Assembly (NCBI GenBank): GCA_944390645.1
Contig: CALXRE010000058.1
Span: 10,737-74,736, forward strand
From: an uncultured Alphaproteobacteria bacterium
GTDB taxonomy: Bacteria > Pseudomonadota > Alphaproteobacteria > CACZRW01
DNA length: 64,000 bases
Direction: 5' to 3'
Positions within the stretch are counted from its first letter, which is position 1, and each line of letters begins with the position of its first letter. The notes beneath the pieces are model-generated. The model saw only the letters and a list, made by a program, of their open reading frames with translations, was not told the DNA's origin and searched no databases. Shown piece after piece: positions 1 through 11,226 of the stretch. The position numbers were made by a program, and so were the translations under genes.

Positions 1-2010
1 CGCTGATGTGAATAAAACTCCATCAAATATTTTTGATAACTTATTACCAAAAGTTTCCATCGGATTCAAAAAATGACTTTGAAAACTTACATCGCTTTCT
101 TGACCATTATTCTTCTCTATACTAAACCACATAATCTCATCAGAACCTACTTCTCCACTAAGTAATGTCTCTAACATGAGATGCCAACTTAAACAGCGAT
201 CTAAAACCTTTCTCTTTAAAGCACGAATTAAGGAAAAATATTTTTGTCGTTCTAAAAAATCTAAAGATGTTTCTTCTTTATCTATTTTATCTTCTATAAA
301 AACTATAAGCTCTCTTAATGGTTGGCAAAAAGAAATTATTGCTCTTGATAAAGATTTTATACTTTCAGAAAAAACGGAACTTAAAGGAAAAACTTCACTC
401 TCTAAATCATAATTATCATCGTTATTAAATGATTCGGATTGCAACTTAACTCGTTGATAAACAAAACTTAAAAATTCTTCCATCTCTCCTTGTGGTTGGA
501 ACTTCTTTATCCTTAAAAGCCATCCTGTTTTAACTAAAAAAGAAGACTTTATTAATACTTCTTCCACTTTTGACAATATAAACGAATCCTTTAATCCAAG
601 CTCTTCTATCCTAAGAAAAAGACCCTTATTATGAGAAAAAGTTAAATTGCTTTCTTTCCCTTTTAACCAACGATGAACCTCTTCTCCTTCAAAACCACTT
701 ATAATCGAGCAAAAAGTATTGTCTGCGCTATTAAAAAGATGGTGTGCTTCATCAAAAATGTACCTTGTGGGAGAGTTCTTTTCTTCAAACTTACCTGATA
801 TCTCTGACATTGTTAAAGCATGATTGCTTATAACTATCTTTGCTCTTCGTGACCTACGAATTGTCTTTTCTATAAAACATTTACGAAAATAAGGGCATTG
901 TTGGTAAATACACTCTCTATGATAATCTGTTAAACTCTTGATGTTTTGTTTACCCATAAGATCACTTAACCAACTTGGAAAATCTCCGTCTTTTAAATCT
1001 CCATCTTTTGTCTCTAATAGCCAACGTGCTACCATTCCTAAATAAACCGATGATTGGTTAGTAGATTGTGATATCTTACTTACTGCTTCTGCGTATTTTA
1101 ATAAACAAAGATAATTTTCTCTTCCTTTACGAATAACTACTGTCCTATCTTTTTCTTCTTTGTTCTTGAAAAATTTCAAAAGCTCTAAATCTATTTGATT
1201 CTGTAAGTTCTTTGTATATGTGCTTATCCATACAGAACCACTGTTCTTCTTGCTCCAAGCTAATGCACTTGAAAGATAAGCTAATGTCTTTCCTATACCT
1301 GTTCCTGCTTGAGCTAAAACTACCTGAGGTTTATCTCCTTTATCCCTTGTATCAAAAGCTTTCGTAACAGCTCGTAAATATAAGTGTTGACCGTCTCTTT
1401 CTTCATAATCTGGAATCTTTAAAAGAATCTTCCCTAATTCTTCTTCTGCTTCCTTAATGCTTATTCCCCTTGTCCCTGAAGGACTATAACTTGCTATTTC
1501 TTCCCATTCTGAAAGCTTTTCCCATGAATCATATCCTTTTAAATTAAAAACAAAGTCTTCGCCTTTTCCTAAAAAGTCGCTAATTAATCCTCCCCATAAC
1601 CAATTACCCTTAACTTGCATAACGGTTGCTAAATTAAGAATGTTTCTTTGTTCGTTAAATGAAAAACTATTAAGGTGCTTTAAAATAACTTCTGTTGCTC
1701 TAAATAAACTTTGAGCTGCTGAAAAAGAATCCCTTGGTTCCTCTAAACCTAATTCTTTACATAAGCCCTTAAAACTTGGAGTGATGTTCTTTGCTGGATA
1801 TATAAAAGCAAAAAGCTCTAAAATATCTAATGGGGGTATTCCTATATCCTTGAAAAACTTACGATTTAAAAGCAAAGGAAGTACTTCTCCTTCTGTGAAA
1901 GGAAAATCTTTTAATTCTTTAAATGTAAATGCTTCTCCGTCCTTGGTAACTAAAACATAACCTTTGGGGCTATTAACTAAAGCCGAAATATTGACATGGT
2001 TATTAGAAAT
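1..2010 (-). CDS. dinG: DinG/Rad3-family ATP-dependent DNA helicase (partial, C-terminus outside window; exact start codon unclear, no in-frame ATG near the 5' end)
   Basis: My reverse-strand translation gives helicase motif I VLAQAGTGIGKTLAYL, a DEAH box YIFDEAHHLF, and Cys residues between them (CLLKY...CIYQQCPYFRKCF) typical of the Rad3/XPD/DinG FeS cluster. It is not in the ORF track because it runs off the window edge. The +strand ORF 176..412 lies antisense inside it. Confidence 0.6.
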   Translation of the reverse strand, partial: MSNNHVNISALVNSPKGYVLVTKDGEAFTFKELKDFPFTEGEVLPLLLNRKFFKDIGIPPLDILELFAFIYPAKNITPSFKGLCKELGLEEPRDSFSAAQSLFRATEVILKHLNSFSFNEQRNILNLATVMQVKGNWLWGGLISDFLGKGEDFVFNLKGYDSWEKLSEWEEIASYSPSGTRGISIKEAEEELGKILLKIPDYEERDGQHLYLRAVTKAFDTRDKGDKPQVVLAQAGTGIGKTLAYLSSALAWSKKNSGSVWISTYTKNLQNQIDLELLKFFKNKEEKDRTVVIRKGRENYLCLLKYAEAVSKISQSTNQSSVYLGMVARWLLETKDGDLKDGDFPSWLSDLMGKQNIKSLTDYHRECIYQQCPYFRKCFIEKTIRRSRRAKIVISNHALTMSEISGKFEEKNSPTRYIFDEAHHLFNSADNTFCSIISGFEGEEVHRWLKGKESNLTFSHNKGLFLRIEELGLKDSFILSKVEEVLIKSSFLVKTGWLLRIKKFQPQGEMEEFLSFVYQRVKLQSESFNNDDNYDLESEVFPLSSVFSESIKSLSRAIISFCQPLRELIVFIEDKIDKEETSLDFLERQKYFSLIRALKRKVLDRCLSWHLMLETLLSGEVGSDEIMWFSIEKNNGQESDVSFQSHFLNPMETFGNKLSKIFDGVLFTSA

Positions 2011-2095
2011 GTTATCCTCCTTTCATATCAACATATTATGAAAAAAGTATAAGGATATGTTTGCTTAAAATAAACTCATAAATTAAGGAAAAATA

Positions 2096-3571
2096 ATGTT
2101 GAATCCAAGCACTGAACAAAGACAAATTAGAATTGAAAAATTAAAACAAATTCAAAAAATGGGTATTAATCCATATCCTCAAATCTATAAACCAACAATT
2201 AATTCTGCAAAATTAATCGAAAAGTATGCAGATTTACCTAATGAAACTCAAACAGAAGATGTTGTTAAAGTCGCAGGACGGGTAAAAGCAATACGTAATT
2301 CTGGTATGTTTATGGATGTCTATGATAGCTCTGGAAAAATACAAATTTTCTGCTCAAAAGAACTTCTACCAGAAATAGAATTAAAAAAAATAGATCTAAT
2401 AGATATAGGCGATTTTATCGGTGTAACTGGAAGAGTAAGACGAACTAAAAGAGGGGAGCTAAGTGTAAATGCTGATGAAATAACGTTCCTTTCTAAAGCT
2501 TTACTTCCTTTGCCAGAAAAATTCCACGGACTACAAGACATAGAAACTAGATATAGGCAAAGATATCTGGATCTAATAACTAATGAAGAAACTGCTAAGA
2601 CATTAAAAAATAGAAGCATAATCATTAATTCTATTCGTAATACTCTTTCTGAAAAAGGTTTAATGGAAGTAGAAACTCCTATACTACACCCTGTTTTAGG
2701 TGGCGCTAATGCTAAACCTTTTAGAACTCATCATAATGCTTTGGATATGGATTTATATCTTAGAATAGCTACAGAGCTTTATCTCAAAAAACTTATTGTC
2801 GGGGGATTCGATGGTGTCTTCGAAATCGGAAGAAATTTCCGTAACGAGGGTATTTCAATTAAACATAATCCAGAGTTCACAGCCATGGAAGTCTACTGGG
2901 TATATAAGGATTATTATGATATGATGGATTTAGCTGAAGAACTCATTAGAAATGCGGCAAAAGCGGTTCATGGCTCAGCTATCATAAAATATGGAGATAT
3001 AGAAATAAATCTAGAAAAACCTTTCGAACGTAAAACTATGATCGATTTAGTTAAAGAATATACGGGTATCGATTTCGCAAAAATAAAAACGTATGAAGAA
3101 GCTTTATCTGAAGCTACGAGAATAGGGGTTAAATTCGATAAATTGCCTCTCTCTTGGGGCGAAACATTGGTCGCGGTGTTCGAGGATAAAGTAGAAAAAC
3201 ATCTGATCCAACCTATCCATGTTATGGATCATCCTTTGGAAACATCTCCTCTGACTAAAAAACACCGAAATGATGAGCGCTTGGTCGAACGATTCGAAAC
3301 TTATATAAATACTTGGGAACTTTGTAACGCTTATTCTGAACTTACAAACCCTCTTGATCAAAGAGAAAGATTGGAAGAACAAGCTAGGCAAAGAGAGGCG
3401 GGAAATGATGAGGCTAATGAAATGGATGAAGATTTCGTTACCGCTTTGGAATATGGTATGCCTCCTACTGGAGGCCTTGGTGTGGGAATCGATCGTTTGA
3501 TAATGATCCTTACAAATTCTCCTTCAATACGTGATGTTATTGCTTTCCCAACTATGCGAAAAAAGGACTGA
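2096..3571 (+). CDS. lysS: lysyl-tRNA synthetase, class II
   Basis: 491 aa with an N-terminal OB anticodon-binding region and class II core motifs (FRNEG, GGLGVGIDRL), typical LysRS length. Confidence 0.9.
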   Translation: MLNPSTEQRQIRIEKLKQIQKMGINPYPQIYKPTINSAKLIEKYADLPNETQTEDVVKVAGRVKAIRNSGMFMDVYDSSGKIQIFCSKELLPEIELKKIDLIDIGDFIGVTGRVRRTKRGELSVNADEITFLSKALLPLPEKFHGLQDIETRYRQRYLDLITNEETAKTLKNRSIIINSIRNTLSEKGLMEVETPILHPVLGGANAKPFRTHHNALDMDLYLRIATELYLKKLIVGGFDGVFEIGRNFRNEGISIKHNPEFTAMEVYWVYKDYYDMMDLAEELIRNAAKAVHGSAIIKYGDIEINLEKPFERKTMIDLVKEYTGIDFAKIKTYEEALSEATRIGVKFDKLPLSWGETLVAVFEDKVEKHLIQPIHVMDHPLETSPLTKKHRNDERLVERFETYINTWELCNAYSELTNPLDQRERLEEQARQREAGNDEANEMDEDFVTALEYGMPPTGGLGVGIDRLIMILTNSPSIRDVIAFPTMRKKD

Positions 3572-3573
3572 AT

Positions 3574-3948
3574 ATGACGGAAAATAATGAAAATTCTCAG
3601 GAAAAAAAAGAGTATATGAAACTATTTAAAAATAAATGGAAGGAAACTGCTATGAAACTACAAATAGATATTAAACCAGAAGATTTATTATCTTTCGATA
3701 AAATGATAGCTTTGCCTGCAATCAAAATTCTTTATTGGTTAGGTCTTTTGTGTGTGGCTATATATGGCTTAGCTAGTGTTTTCCAAGGAGGATTCCACAA
3801 TATATTAATCGGTTTTTCTTTGATAATCGTAGGCGCGGTCCTTTGGAGAATTACTTGTGAAGCCGCTATCTTGTTGTTCGGAATATACGATCGCTTGGGA
3901 GATATAAGAAACGCTATCGTAAAAGAAAATAAAAATATTAAAAAATAA
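3574..3948 (+). CDS. small membrane protein (DUF4282-like), co-transcribed with lysS
   Basis: Starts 3 nt after the lysS stop. Two hydrophobic helices (ILYWLGLLCVAIYGL, LIGFSLIIVGAVLW). Followed by a terminator. Confidence 0.5.
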   Translation: MTENNENSQEKKEYMKLFKNKWKETAMKLQIDIKPEDLLSFDKMIALPAIKILYWLGLLCVAIYGLASVFQGGFHNILIGFSLIIVGAVLWRITCEAAILLFGIYDRLGDIRNAIVKENKNIKK

Positions 3949-3957
3949 TTAGTCTAA

Positions 3958-3995
3958 GGAACCAGAAAAGATTAAAAAATACTGGTTCCTTTTTT
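3958..3995 (+). terminator. rho-independent terminator after the lysS operon
   Basis: ggaaccag-16 nt loop-ctggttcc followed by tttttt. Confidence 0.7.
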
Positions 3996-4501
3996 ATTTG
4001 TTGTTTGACGCTCAACAATACCAAAAAATTGGCTAGAAACTCCTCCTGAAACAAGCTTGTTAATCGGAAAAGCAGTTGTTTTTAATATCGGTTCGCTTGA
4101 CTTTTCTTCTCCTCTTTTCTTGCTTGGTCCACTCGTAAATACCTTTATCTTGTCAAGCATTTGTTTATACTCATTAGTTGTCATAATTTTACTTCTCCTT
4201 GAATATAATAACCTTATTTATAGTTGAATATTAGAATATTTGCTTTTATATGTCAACTAATTTGTCGAATAATAATTTGTTGCTTTATCTTACTGAAATA
4301 TATCTGTTTTTGTGGGTAATATTAAAGATAAAAAATTAAAGTTATTTCATTTTAATAATTAAACCTAATTCGTGAACTATGCTCTATGCATTATAAAAAG
4401 AAAAACCTTGACATATGGGGTTAAAATGAGTAAAAAACGTATCCCTCTGCGGCTATGGTTATCCGCGGTATCTTATTTTTTGGTTTTATGGTAGGAAAAT
4501 T

Positions 4502-4804
4502 ATGTTTGCAATAATAAAGACCGGCGGCAAGCAATATAAAGTCGCAAAAGATGAAATAATAATTGTAGAAAAGCTTGATGGTGATGTCGGTTCTACCTAT
4601 TCTTTTGATGAAGTGTTGATGGTAGACGATAACGTTGGAAATCCTTTGGTAAAGGGTGCTAAAGTTACTGGTGAAATAATGGCGCAGAAAAAAGATGATA
4701 AAGTCTTAGTATTTAAAAAAAGACGTCGTCAAAATTATCGTCGCTTAAAAGGTCACAGACAGCTAATTTCAATAGTGAAAATTAAGGATATAGTTGCCGG
4801 TTAA
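4502..4804 (+). CDS. rplU: 50S ribosomal protein L21
   Basis: MFAIIKTGGKQYKV start characteristic of L21; 100 aa. Confidence 0.9.
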   Translation: MFAIIKTGGKQYKVAKDEIIIVEKLDGDVGSTYSFDEVLMVDDNVGNPLVKGAKVTGEIMAQKKDDKVLVFKKRRRQNYRRLKGHRQLISIVKIKDIVAG

Positions 4805-4831
4805 GGCTTCTTTTGATTGGAGGATTTATAA

Positions 4832-5092
4832 ATGGCTCATAAAAAGGCAGGCGGAAGTACAAGAAACGGACGCGATTCTGAAGGTAGACGCCTCGGTTTG
4901 AAAAAATCTGGAGGTCAAGCGGTTATCCCTGGAAATATTATCGTTCGTCAGCGCGGAACTAAATATAAGCCAGGTGAAAATGTAGGCTTAGGAAAAGATC
5001 ATACTATTTTTGCTTTAATTGAAGGTGTGGTTGAGTTTACTCGCAAACATGACGATAGAGTTTATGTTTCTGTTGTTGCTCCAAAAGCATAA
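4832..5092 (+). CDS. rpmA: 50S ribosomal protein L27
   Basis: [16 protein letters not shown] start characteristic of L27; 86 aa. Confidence 0.92.
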   Translation: MAHKKAGGSTRNGRDSEGRRLGLKKSGGQAVIPGNIIVRQRGTKYKPGENVGLGKDHTIFALIEGVVEFTRKHDDRVYVSVVAPKA

Positions 5093-5114
5093 TATTTAGA
5101 TAATTGGATTATTT

Positions 5115-6182
<1,068 letters not shown>

Positions 6183-6202
6183 AAAGGAAAAAGAAGAAAA
6201 AT

Positions 6203-6856
6203 ATGTATAAAAGCAAAATATCCTCTGTGGGAGATAAACGTAGGTTAAAAGTTGGTCTTTTAGGAGGATCTTTTAATCCTCCTCATCAAGGGCATTTGCA
6301 TATAACTATCGAGGCTATTAAAAAATTGGGTTTAGATGAAGTATGGTGGTTGGTCTCTCCTTTAAACCCTTTTAAAAAAAATAAAAAAATTCCTCCTGTC
6401 GATATTCGAGTCGATGAAGCTCTAAATATCATCAATAATCCTAAAATAAAAGTAACAGATATAGAAACTAAATTAGGAACGTTCTTAACTGCAGATACTT
6501 TGCAAAAATTATCTAGGCTTTTTCCTAATGTTAATTTCGTATGGATAATAGGTGATGATCTTGCTGATGAATTATCTAAATGGTATAATTGGAAAAAAAT
6601 TTTTGCGTTGGTTCCAATTGCTGTTTTCTCTCGAAAGGATTATCCTTGGAAAACAATTAAAAAAAAGGCTTTTAAAACTTTTGAAAAAAATCAGGTTTTC
6701 GGTAACAATATTCGAAACCTGGCAAAAAAGAAAAAACCAGCTTGGGCTTATGTGAGGATTCGTCCTAATCAAATGTCTTCAACTTTAATTAGAAATACAA
6801 AGGAAAATATTTATGCTTCAGCAAAAAATAAAGAAAAATCTTCCAACAAAAAATAA
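6203..6856 (+). CDS. nadD: nicotinate-nucleotide adenylyltransferase with Lys-rich C-terminal tail
   Basis: GGSFNPPHQGH nucleotidyltransferase (H/T)xGH motif. The C-terminal approx 40 aa are Lys-rich low complexity and overlap the next gene. Confidence 0.8.
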   Translation: MYKSKISSVGDKRRLKVGLLGGSFNPPHQGHLHITIEAIKKLGLDEVWWLVSPLNPFKKNKKIPPVDIRVDEALNIINNPKIKVTDIETKLGTFLTADTLQKLSRLFPNVNFVWIIGDDLADELSKWYNWKKIFALVPIAVFSRKDYPWKTIKKKAFKTFEKNQVFGNNIRNLAKKKKPAWAYVRIRPNQMSSTLIRNTKENIYASAKNKEKSSNKK

Positions 6857-7226
6857 AAAAATAAAAAAGAAAACTCCTTTAAATCTACAAGAAACAATTG
6901 ATTTAATAAAAAAATCTTTAGAAGATGGAAAAGCTCAGGATATCGTCATAATAGATCTAGAGGGAAAATCTAGTATCGCGGATTGTATGATTGTTGCTTC
7001 TGGAACTTCTCAGAGACAGGTCGTATCTTTAGCCGAACGGGTCGCTACCGATCTGAAAAAAGCAGGGGTAAAGTCTGCTCTGGAAGGAAAAAACTCTGGA
7101 GAATGGGTAATCGTTGATGCCTTAGATGTCATCGTTCATATCTTTTATCCTGAAACAAGAGCTTTCTATAGCTTAGAAGATATGTGGAAAAATATACCTG
7201 TTCAAAATAATGAAAGTCAAAAATAA
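6813..7226 (+). CDS. rsfS: ribosomal silencing factor RsfS (Iojap family); true start may be internal
   Basis: Core DIVIIDLEGKSSIADCMIVASGTSQRQV...WVIVDALDVIVHIF is typical of RsfS. The Lys-rich N-terminal extension overlaps the nadD tail. Confidence 0.75.
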   Translation: MLQQKIKKNLPTKNKKIKKKTPLNLQETIDLIKKSLEDGKAQDIVIIDLEGKSSIADCMIVASGTSQRQVVSLAERVATDLKKAGVKSALEGKNSGEWVIVDALDVIVHIFYPETRAFYSLEDMWKNIPVQNNESQK

Positions 7227-7675
7227 TGGAAATAATAATTGCGGCTATCGGTAAAATGAAAAATGGACCTGAATTGCAATTGTTTAATCATTATTTAAAA
7301 CTAACTAATCTGAAAATTAAGCTTAAGGAATTTGAAGAAAAAAGACCTCTAGATACTCAAAATCGTAAGCTTAAAGAAGCTGAAATGTTATTACAATGTG
7401 TACCCAAAGGCTTTACAATCGTGGCCCTTGATGAAAAAGGAAGCGAAATATCTTCTCTCGACTTCGCAGATAAATTAAATAAGTGGTACTCTACGGGAGT
7501 CGCTTTCTTAATCGGAGGAGCAGACGGTCATCATGATATAATACGAGAAAAAAGCGATTTCCTTTTAGCTTTCGGGCGTATGACTTGGCCTCACTTCTTA
7601 GCTAGAACCATGTTAGCCGAGCAAATATATCGGGCTAAAACTATTATAGACGGACACCCTTATCATAAAATATAA
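7226..7675 (+). CDS. rlmH: 23S rRNA (pseudouridine1915-N3)-methyltransferase RlmH (SPOUT)
   Basis: 149 aa; FLIGGADGHHD and WPH motifs of RlmH; conserved position after rsfS. Confidence 0.8.
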   Translation: MEIIIAAIGKMKNGPELQLFNHYLKLTNLKIKLKEFEEKRPLDTQNRKLKEAEMLLQCVPKGFTIVALDEKGSEISSLDFADKLNKWYSTGVAFLIGGADGHHDIIREKSDFLLAFGRMTWPHFLARTMLAEQIYRAKTIIDGHPYHKI

Positions 7676-7704
7676 TTTTATAAAAATTATACCTTCTTAT
7701 ATTT

Positions 7705-9603
7705 TTAATTTGAAAGTGTTTTCGTTTTATTTTCACTTATATTCTTATTTAAAGATGTTGTTTTCTTATTATAAAGAGCTAAAAGTTCTGTTTCATAATT
7801 CGCTTTTATTTGATTACGACGAACTTTTAATGTCGGTGTTAGCATCTCGTTATCTACTGAAAAAGGCTCTTTTGCTATAATTATCCTACGTACTTTCTCT
7901 ATAACCGAAAGATGCTTGTTCGCCTTTTCTACAATCTTGTAAACATCTGCAATAAAATCTTCGTTGTTACGTAAAACGGAAAGCTCTGGTATCGTATTAT
8001 GTTTGTGTGCCCAAAGAGAAATAAAATCAGAACTAGGAACTATAACTCCAACCATATGGGGATGCTTGTCACCATAAATCATACATTGAGCTATCTCTGG
8101 TTCTAAAGTTAAAAAACTCTCAACCCTTAAAGGTGATATATTATCTCCTCCAGAATTAACAATAATGTCTTTCTTGCGATCTGTAATCTTTATTCGTCCT
8201 TCTTCATCAATAATGCCTATATCTCCTGTATGTAACCAACCGCTCTCATCAATTACTAAATCTGTAGCTTCTTGATTGTTCCAGTAACCTCTCATAACCA
8301 TGTCGCCTTTAACTAGAATTTCTCCATCAAGAGCTATCTTTACATCTATACCCATTAAGGGTACTCCAACGGTGCTTAAATCACATTTACTCGCAAGATT
8401 ACAACTTATAAGAGGTGAAGATTCTGTTTGACCGTAACCTTGTAAAAGAGGTAAACCTAAAGCATGAAAAAACATACCTACATCGTAACTTAATGGAGCT
8501 CCTCCTGCTACAAATGCTTTGATGTTACCTCCAAAACCTTTCTTTATTTTCCTCCGTACTAAAAAGTTAAGACAAAAATTTTCTAGCTTGTCGGTTAAGC
8601 TCATTTGAGATCTTGATAGAATATTCTTCGTCCCCAACTCTATTGTACGATGAAAAAGCTTTTCTGATAAACCTCCTTTCCGCTTAACTGCTTGTTGCAT
8701 CCTCATTCGAATAACTTCAAAAAGCCTAGGTACGGCTATCATTATCGATGGTTTGGAAGCTGAAAGTTCTGCTAAAACCTTGTCCATCGCACTTAAATAA
8801 TATATCTGAGCCCCTAAGGAAATTGGTAAAAATTGACCACAAGTATGTTCGTATGCATGAGAAAGCGGAAGAACTGAAAAGAAAACTTCTTTGTTAAATT
8901 TAGCATGTAAATCTCTTACTATCTCCATCGCTGATGCTATGTTGCTAAGAATGTTACGATGTGAAAGCATAACTCCTTTCGGAGCTCCTCCTGTCCCCGA
9001 GGTGTAAATTAAGCAAGCAAGGTCATCTTTATTCGTACTTAATTCTATACTCTTATCTTCATATAAAATTTTCTTTCCTGCTTCAATGGTCTCATCAAAT
9101 GATACTAGTTCTACTATGCCTGATTGGTTCACTTGAGGGGTATCTATGCAAACCATAACCATCTTCCAAAAACTATCAACCGCAGCAGACATTAGTTTGT
9201 TCGCTAAAGGTAAACTAGATACTATTGCCATGTGAGCATCTGAATCCTTTAAAATATGCTGGTGATTGGCTGGCGTGTTGGTCGTGTAAACAGGAACAGA
9301 AACACCCCCTGCTAGCATTATTGCCATGTCTGAAATAAACCATTCTGGTCGGTTCTCTGATAAAATTACTACTCTATCTCCTCTCTTTAATCCTAATTCC
9401 CTAAGTCCGCAGGCTAAAGCTCTGACTTTTAAAGAGACTTCCTGCCACGATAAACTCTTATATTTACCATCTGGACCAATTCCCCATAAAAAGGGGCGCT
9501 TCTTCATTTTAGAGGCTTGAGAAAAAAATAAAGATACTAGATTAGGGCTGTCTTTAATATCGGTAAAAGATTTGTCCCTAAACGTCAAACTGAACTTGGT
9601 CAT
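7705..9603 (-). CDS. long-chain fatty acid--CoA ligase (AMP-binding superfamily)
   Basis: 632 aa; AMP-binding signature IYTSGTGGAPKGVMLSH and adenylate-forming core motifs. Confidence 0.8.
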   Translation of the reverse strand: MTKFSLTFRDKSFTDIKDSPNLVSLFFSQASKMKKRPFLWGIGPDGKYKSLSWQEVSLKVRALACGLRELGLKRGDRVVILSENRPEWFISDMAIMLAGGVSVPVYTTNTPANHQHILKDSDAHMAIVSSLPLANKLMSAAVDSFWKMVMVCIDTPQVNQSGIVELVSFDETIEAGKKILYEDKSIELSTNKDDLACLIYTSGTGGAPKGVMLSHRNILSNIASAMEIVRDLHAKFNKEVFFSVLPLSHAYEHTCGQFLPISLGAQIYYLSAMDKVLAELSASKPSIMIAVPRLFEVIRMRMQQAVKRKGGLSEKLFHRTIELGTKNILSRSQMSLTDKLENFCLNFLVRRKIKKGFGGNIKAFVAGGAPLSYDVGMFFHALGLPLLQGYGQTESSPLISCNLASKCDLSTVGVPLMGIDVKIALDGEILVKGDMVMRGYWNNQEATDLVIDESGWLHTGDIGIIDEEGRIKITDRKKDIIVNSGGDNISPLRVESFLTLEPEIAQCMIYGDKHPHMVGVIVPSSDFISLWAHKHNTIPELSVLRNNEDFIADVYKIVEKANKHLSVIEKVRRIIIAKEPFSVDNEMLTPTLKVRRNQIKANYETELLALYNKKTTSLNKNISENKTKTLSN

Positions 9604-9801
9604 GCATATACCTCTATGATACTACTTTAAGTATGATGTCTGACGTAGTAACGCATCAGAGCAAAATATGTGCTGGGAATCTATAGGATAAACTTATAAA
9701 ACACAACCCCTTTATAGCTATATTTCTTCTTATTATTTTCTTGTTTAAAATCTCTAGATTTTGCTTGTGATTTGACTATAATCACTTGGCGGAGAGTTAA
9801 A

Positions 9802-10326
9802 ATGACAAAATTGAAAATAGTGGAAATACCAGATCCTAGACTTAAAAAAATAAGTGAACCAGTAAAAGAAATAAATCAGGATATTATCAATCTTCTAGAT
9901 GATATGTTGGAAACTATGTATAGCGCTCCTGGAATCGGTTTGGCTGCTGTGCAGATCGGGGTCCTATTAAGAATGATCGTTGTGGATATTGCTGCAAAAG
10001 ATGAAACTCCAAACCCTATCTTCCTTATTAATCCAGAAATTATCGAAGCTTCAGAAAACCTACAGGAGTGTGAGGAAGGTTGTTTATCTGTGCCAAAACA
10101 ATTCGCTACAATTACTCGACCTGCTGAAGTAACCGTTAAATATCTAGATAAAAAAGGAAATGTCTCTCAAATAAAGGCTGATGGATTACTTGCTGTCGTC
10201 TTGCAACATGAAATAGATCATCTTAACGGAAAAGTCTTTATTGATTATTTATCTCCTCTAAAACGAAAAATATTGTTGCGAAAATTACAAAAAGAACGTC
10301 GACTTAATGAGTTAGAGGAAAAGTGA
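9802..10326 (+). CDS. def: peptide deformylase
   Basis: GIGLAAVQIG, EGCLS and QHEIDHLNG metal-binding motifs. The ATG at 9802 (MTKLKIVEIPD) fits the family better than the ORF-track start at 9772. Confidence 0.88.
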   Translation: MTKLKIVEIPDPRLKKISEPVKEINQDIINLLDDMLETMYSAPGIGLAAVQIGVLLRMIVVDIAAKDETPNPIFLINPEIIEASENLQECEEGCLSVPKQFATITRPAEVTVKYLDKKGNVSQIKADGLLAVVLQHEIDHLNGKVFIDYLSPLKRKILLRKLQKERRLNELEEK

Positions 10327-10329
10327 TAA

Positions 10330-11226
10330 ATGAAAATTGTCTTTATGGGAACTCCTGATTTCGCTATCCCTATATTAAAAACTTTAACGGAAAAACATCA
10401 GGTGATTTGTGTGTATACCCAACCTCCAAAACCTGCTGGAAGAGGTCATAAACTTACTCCTTCCCCAATCCATGCTCTGGCGGATACTCTAAATATACCT
10501 GTTCGCTGTCCTGTCTCTCTAAAATCACAAGAAGTTCAAAAGGATTTCTCTGACTTGAATGCTGATGTGGCGGTCGTCGCAGCTTATGGTTTGTTATTGC
10601 CTAAACCTATTCTGAAAGCTTTCCCTAAAGGATGTATAAATGTACATGCTTCCTTACTACCTAGATGGAGAGGCGCTGCTCCTATTCAGAGAGCTATATT
10701 AGCGGGAGATACTAAATCTGGAATTACTATTATGCAAATGGAAGAAGGGCTTGATACTGGAGATATGTTCTTACTTAAAGAAGTCCCTATAGAAAAACAA
10801 GAAACTTCTGAAACCCTATTACAAAAACTTGCTCTAACGGGAGCTCAGGCAATCCTTCAAGTCTTGGATACAAATCCTATCCCTATACCTCAAGACGAAA
10901 AAAAAGCTACATATGCTCATAAAATAAAAAAAGAAGAGGGCTTTATTGATTGGAATAAATCAGCAGAAGAAATAGATAGACAAATTCGGGCAATACCTTC
11001 TTGGTTCGTATATAAAGCTCAAAAAATAAAAATAAAAAAAGCTTCTGTCTTGTCTGATAATGAAAATAATAAACCAGCTACGGTCTTCCTTAAAGGTCAT
11101 GCTATCGCTGCTAAAAAAGGTGCAATATTGTTGAATACCCTGCAAAGAGAAGGGCGTCAATCTATGAATATTGATGCTTTCTTGCGGGGCTTTAATATCT
11201 CTGAGGGCGATAATGTATCGCTATAA
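10330..11226 (+). CDS. fmt: methionyl-tRNA formyltransferase
   Basis: MKIVFMGTPDFA N-terminus, HASLLPRWRGAAPIQ formyltransferase motif; def-fmt synteny. Confidence 0.88.
   Translation: MKIVFMGTPDFAIPILKTLTEKHQVICVYTQPPKPAGRGHKLTPSPIHALADTLNIPVRCPVSLKSQEVQKDFSDLNADVAVVAAYGLLLPKPILKAFPKGCINVHASLLPRWRGAAPIQRAILAGDTKSGITIMQMEEGLDTGDMFLLKEVPIEKQETSETLLQKLALTGAQAILQVLDTNPIPIPQDEKKATYAHKIKKEEGFIDWNKSAEEIDRQIRAIPSWFVYKAQKIKIKKASVLSDNENNKPATVFLKGHAIAAKKGAILLNTLQREGRQSMNIDAFLRGFNISEGDNVSL

Noticed and set aside
176-412. 78-aa +strand ORF at window start
   Set aside because: Lies antisense inside the DinG-like helicase reading frame (minus strand), which has strong helicase/FeS motifs. Low-complexity sequence, no RBS.
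3972-4184. 70-aa minus-strand ORF downstream of lysS operon
   Set aside because: Its 3' end runs into the lysS-operon terminator hairpin. No RBS, no motifs. Probably an intergenic artefact, though a small protein cannot be excluded.
4408-4427. TTGACA ... TAAAAT promoter-like hexamers upstream of rplU
   Set aside because: Spacer between the hexamers is only 8 nt, incompatible with a sigma70 promoter. The rplU promoter must lie elsewhere in the 315-nt leader.
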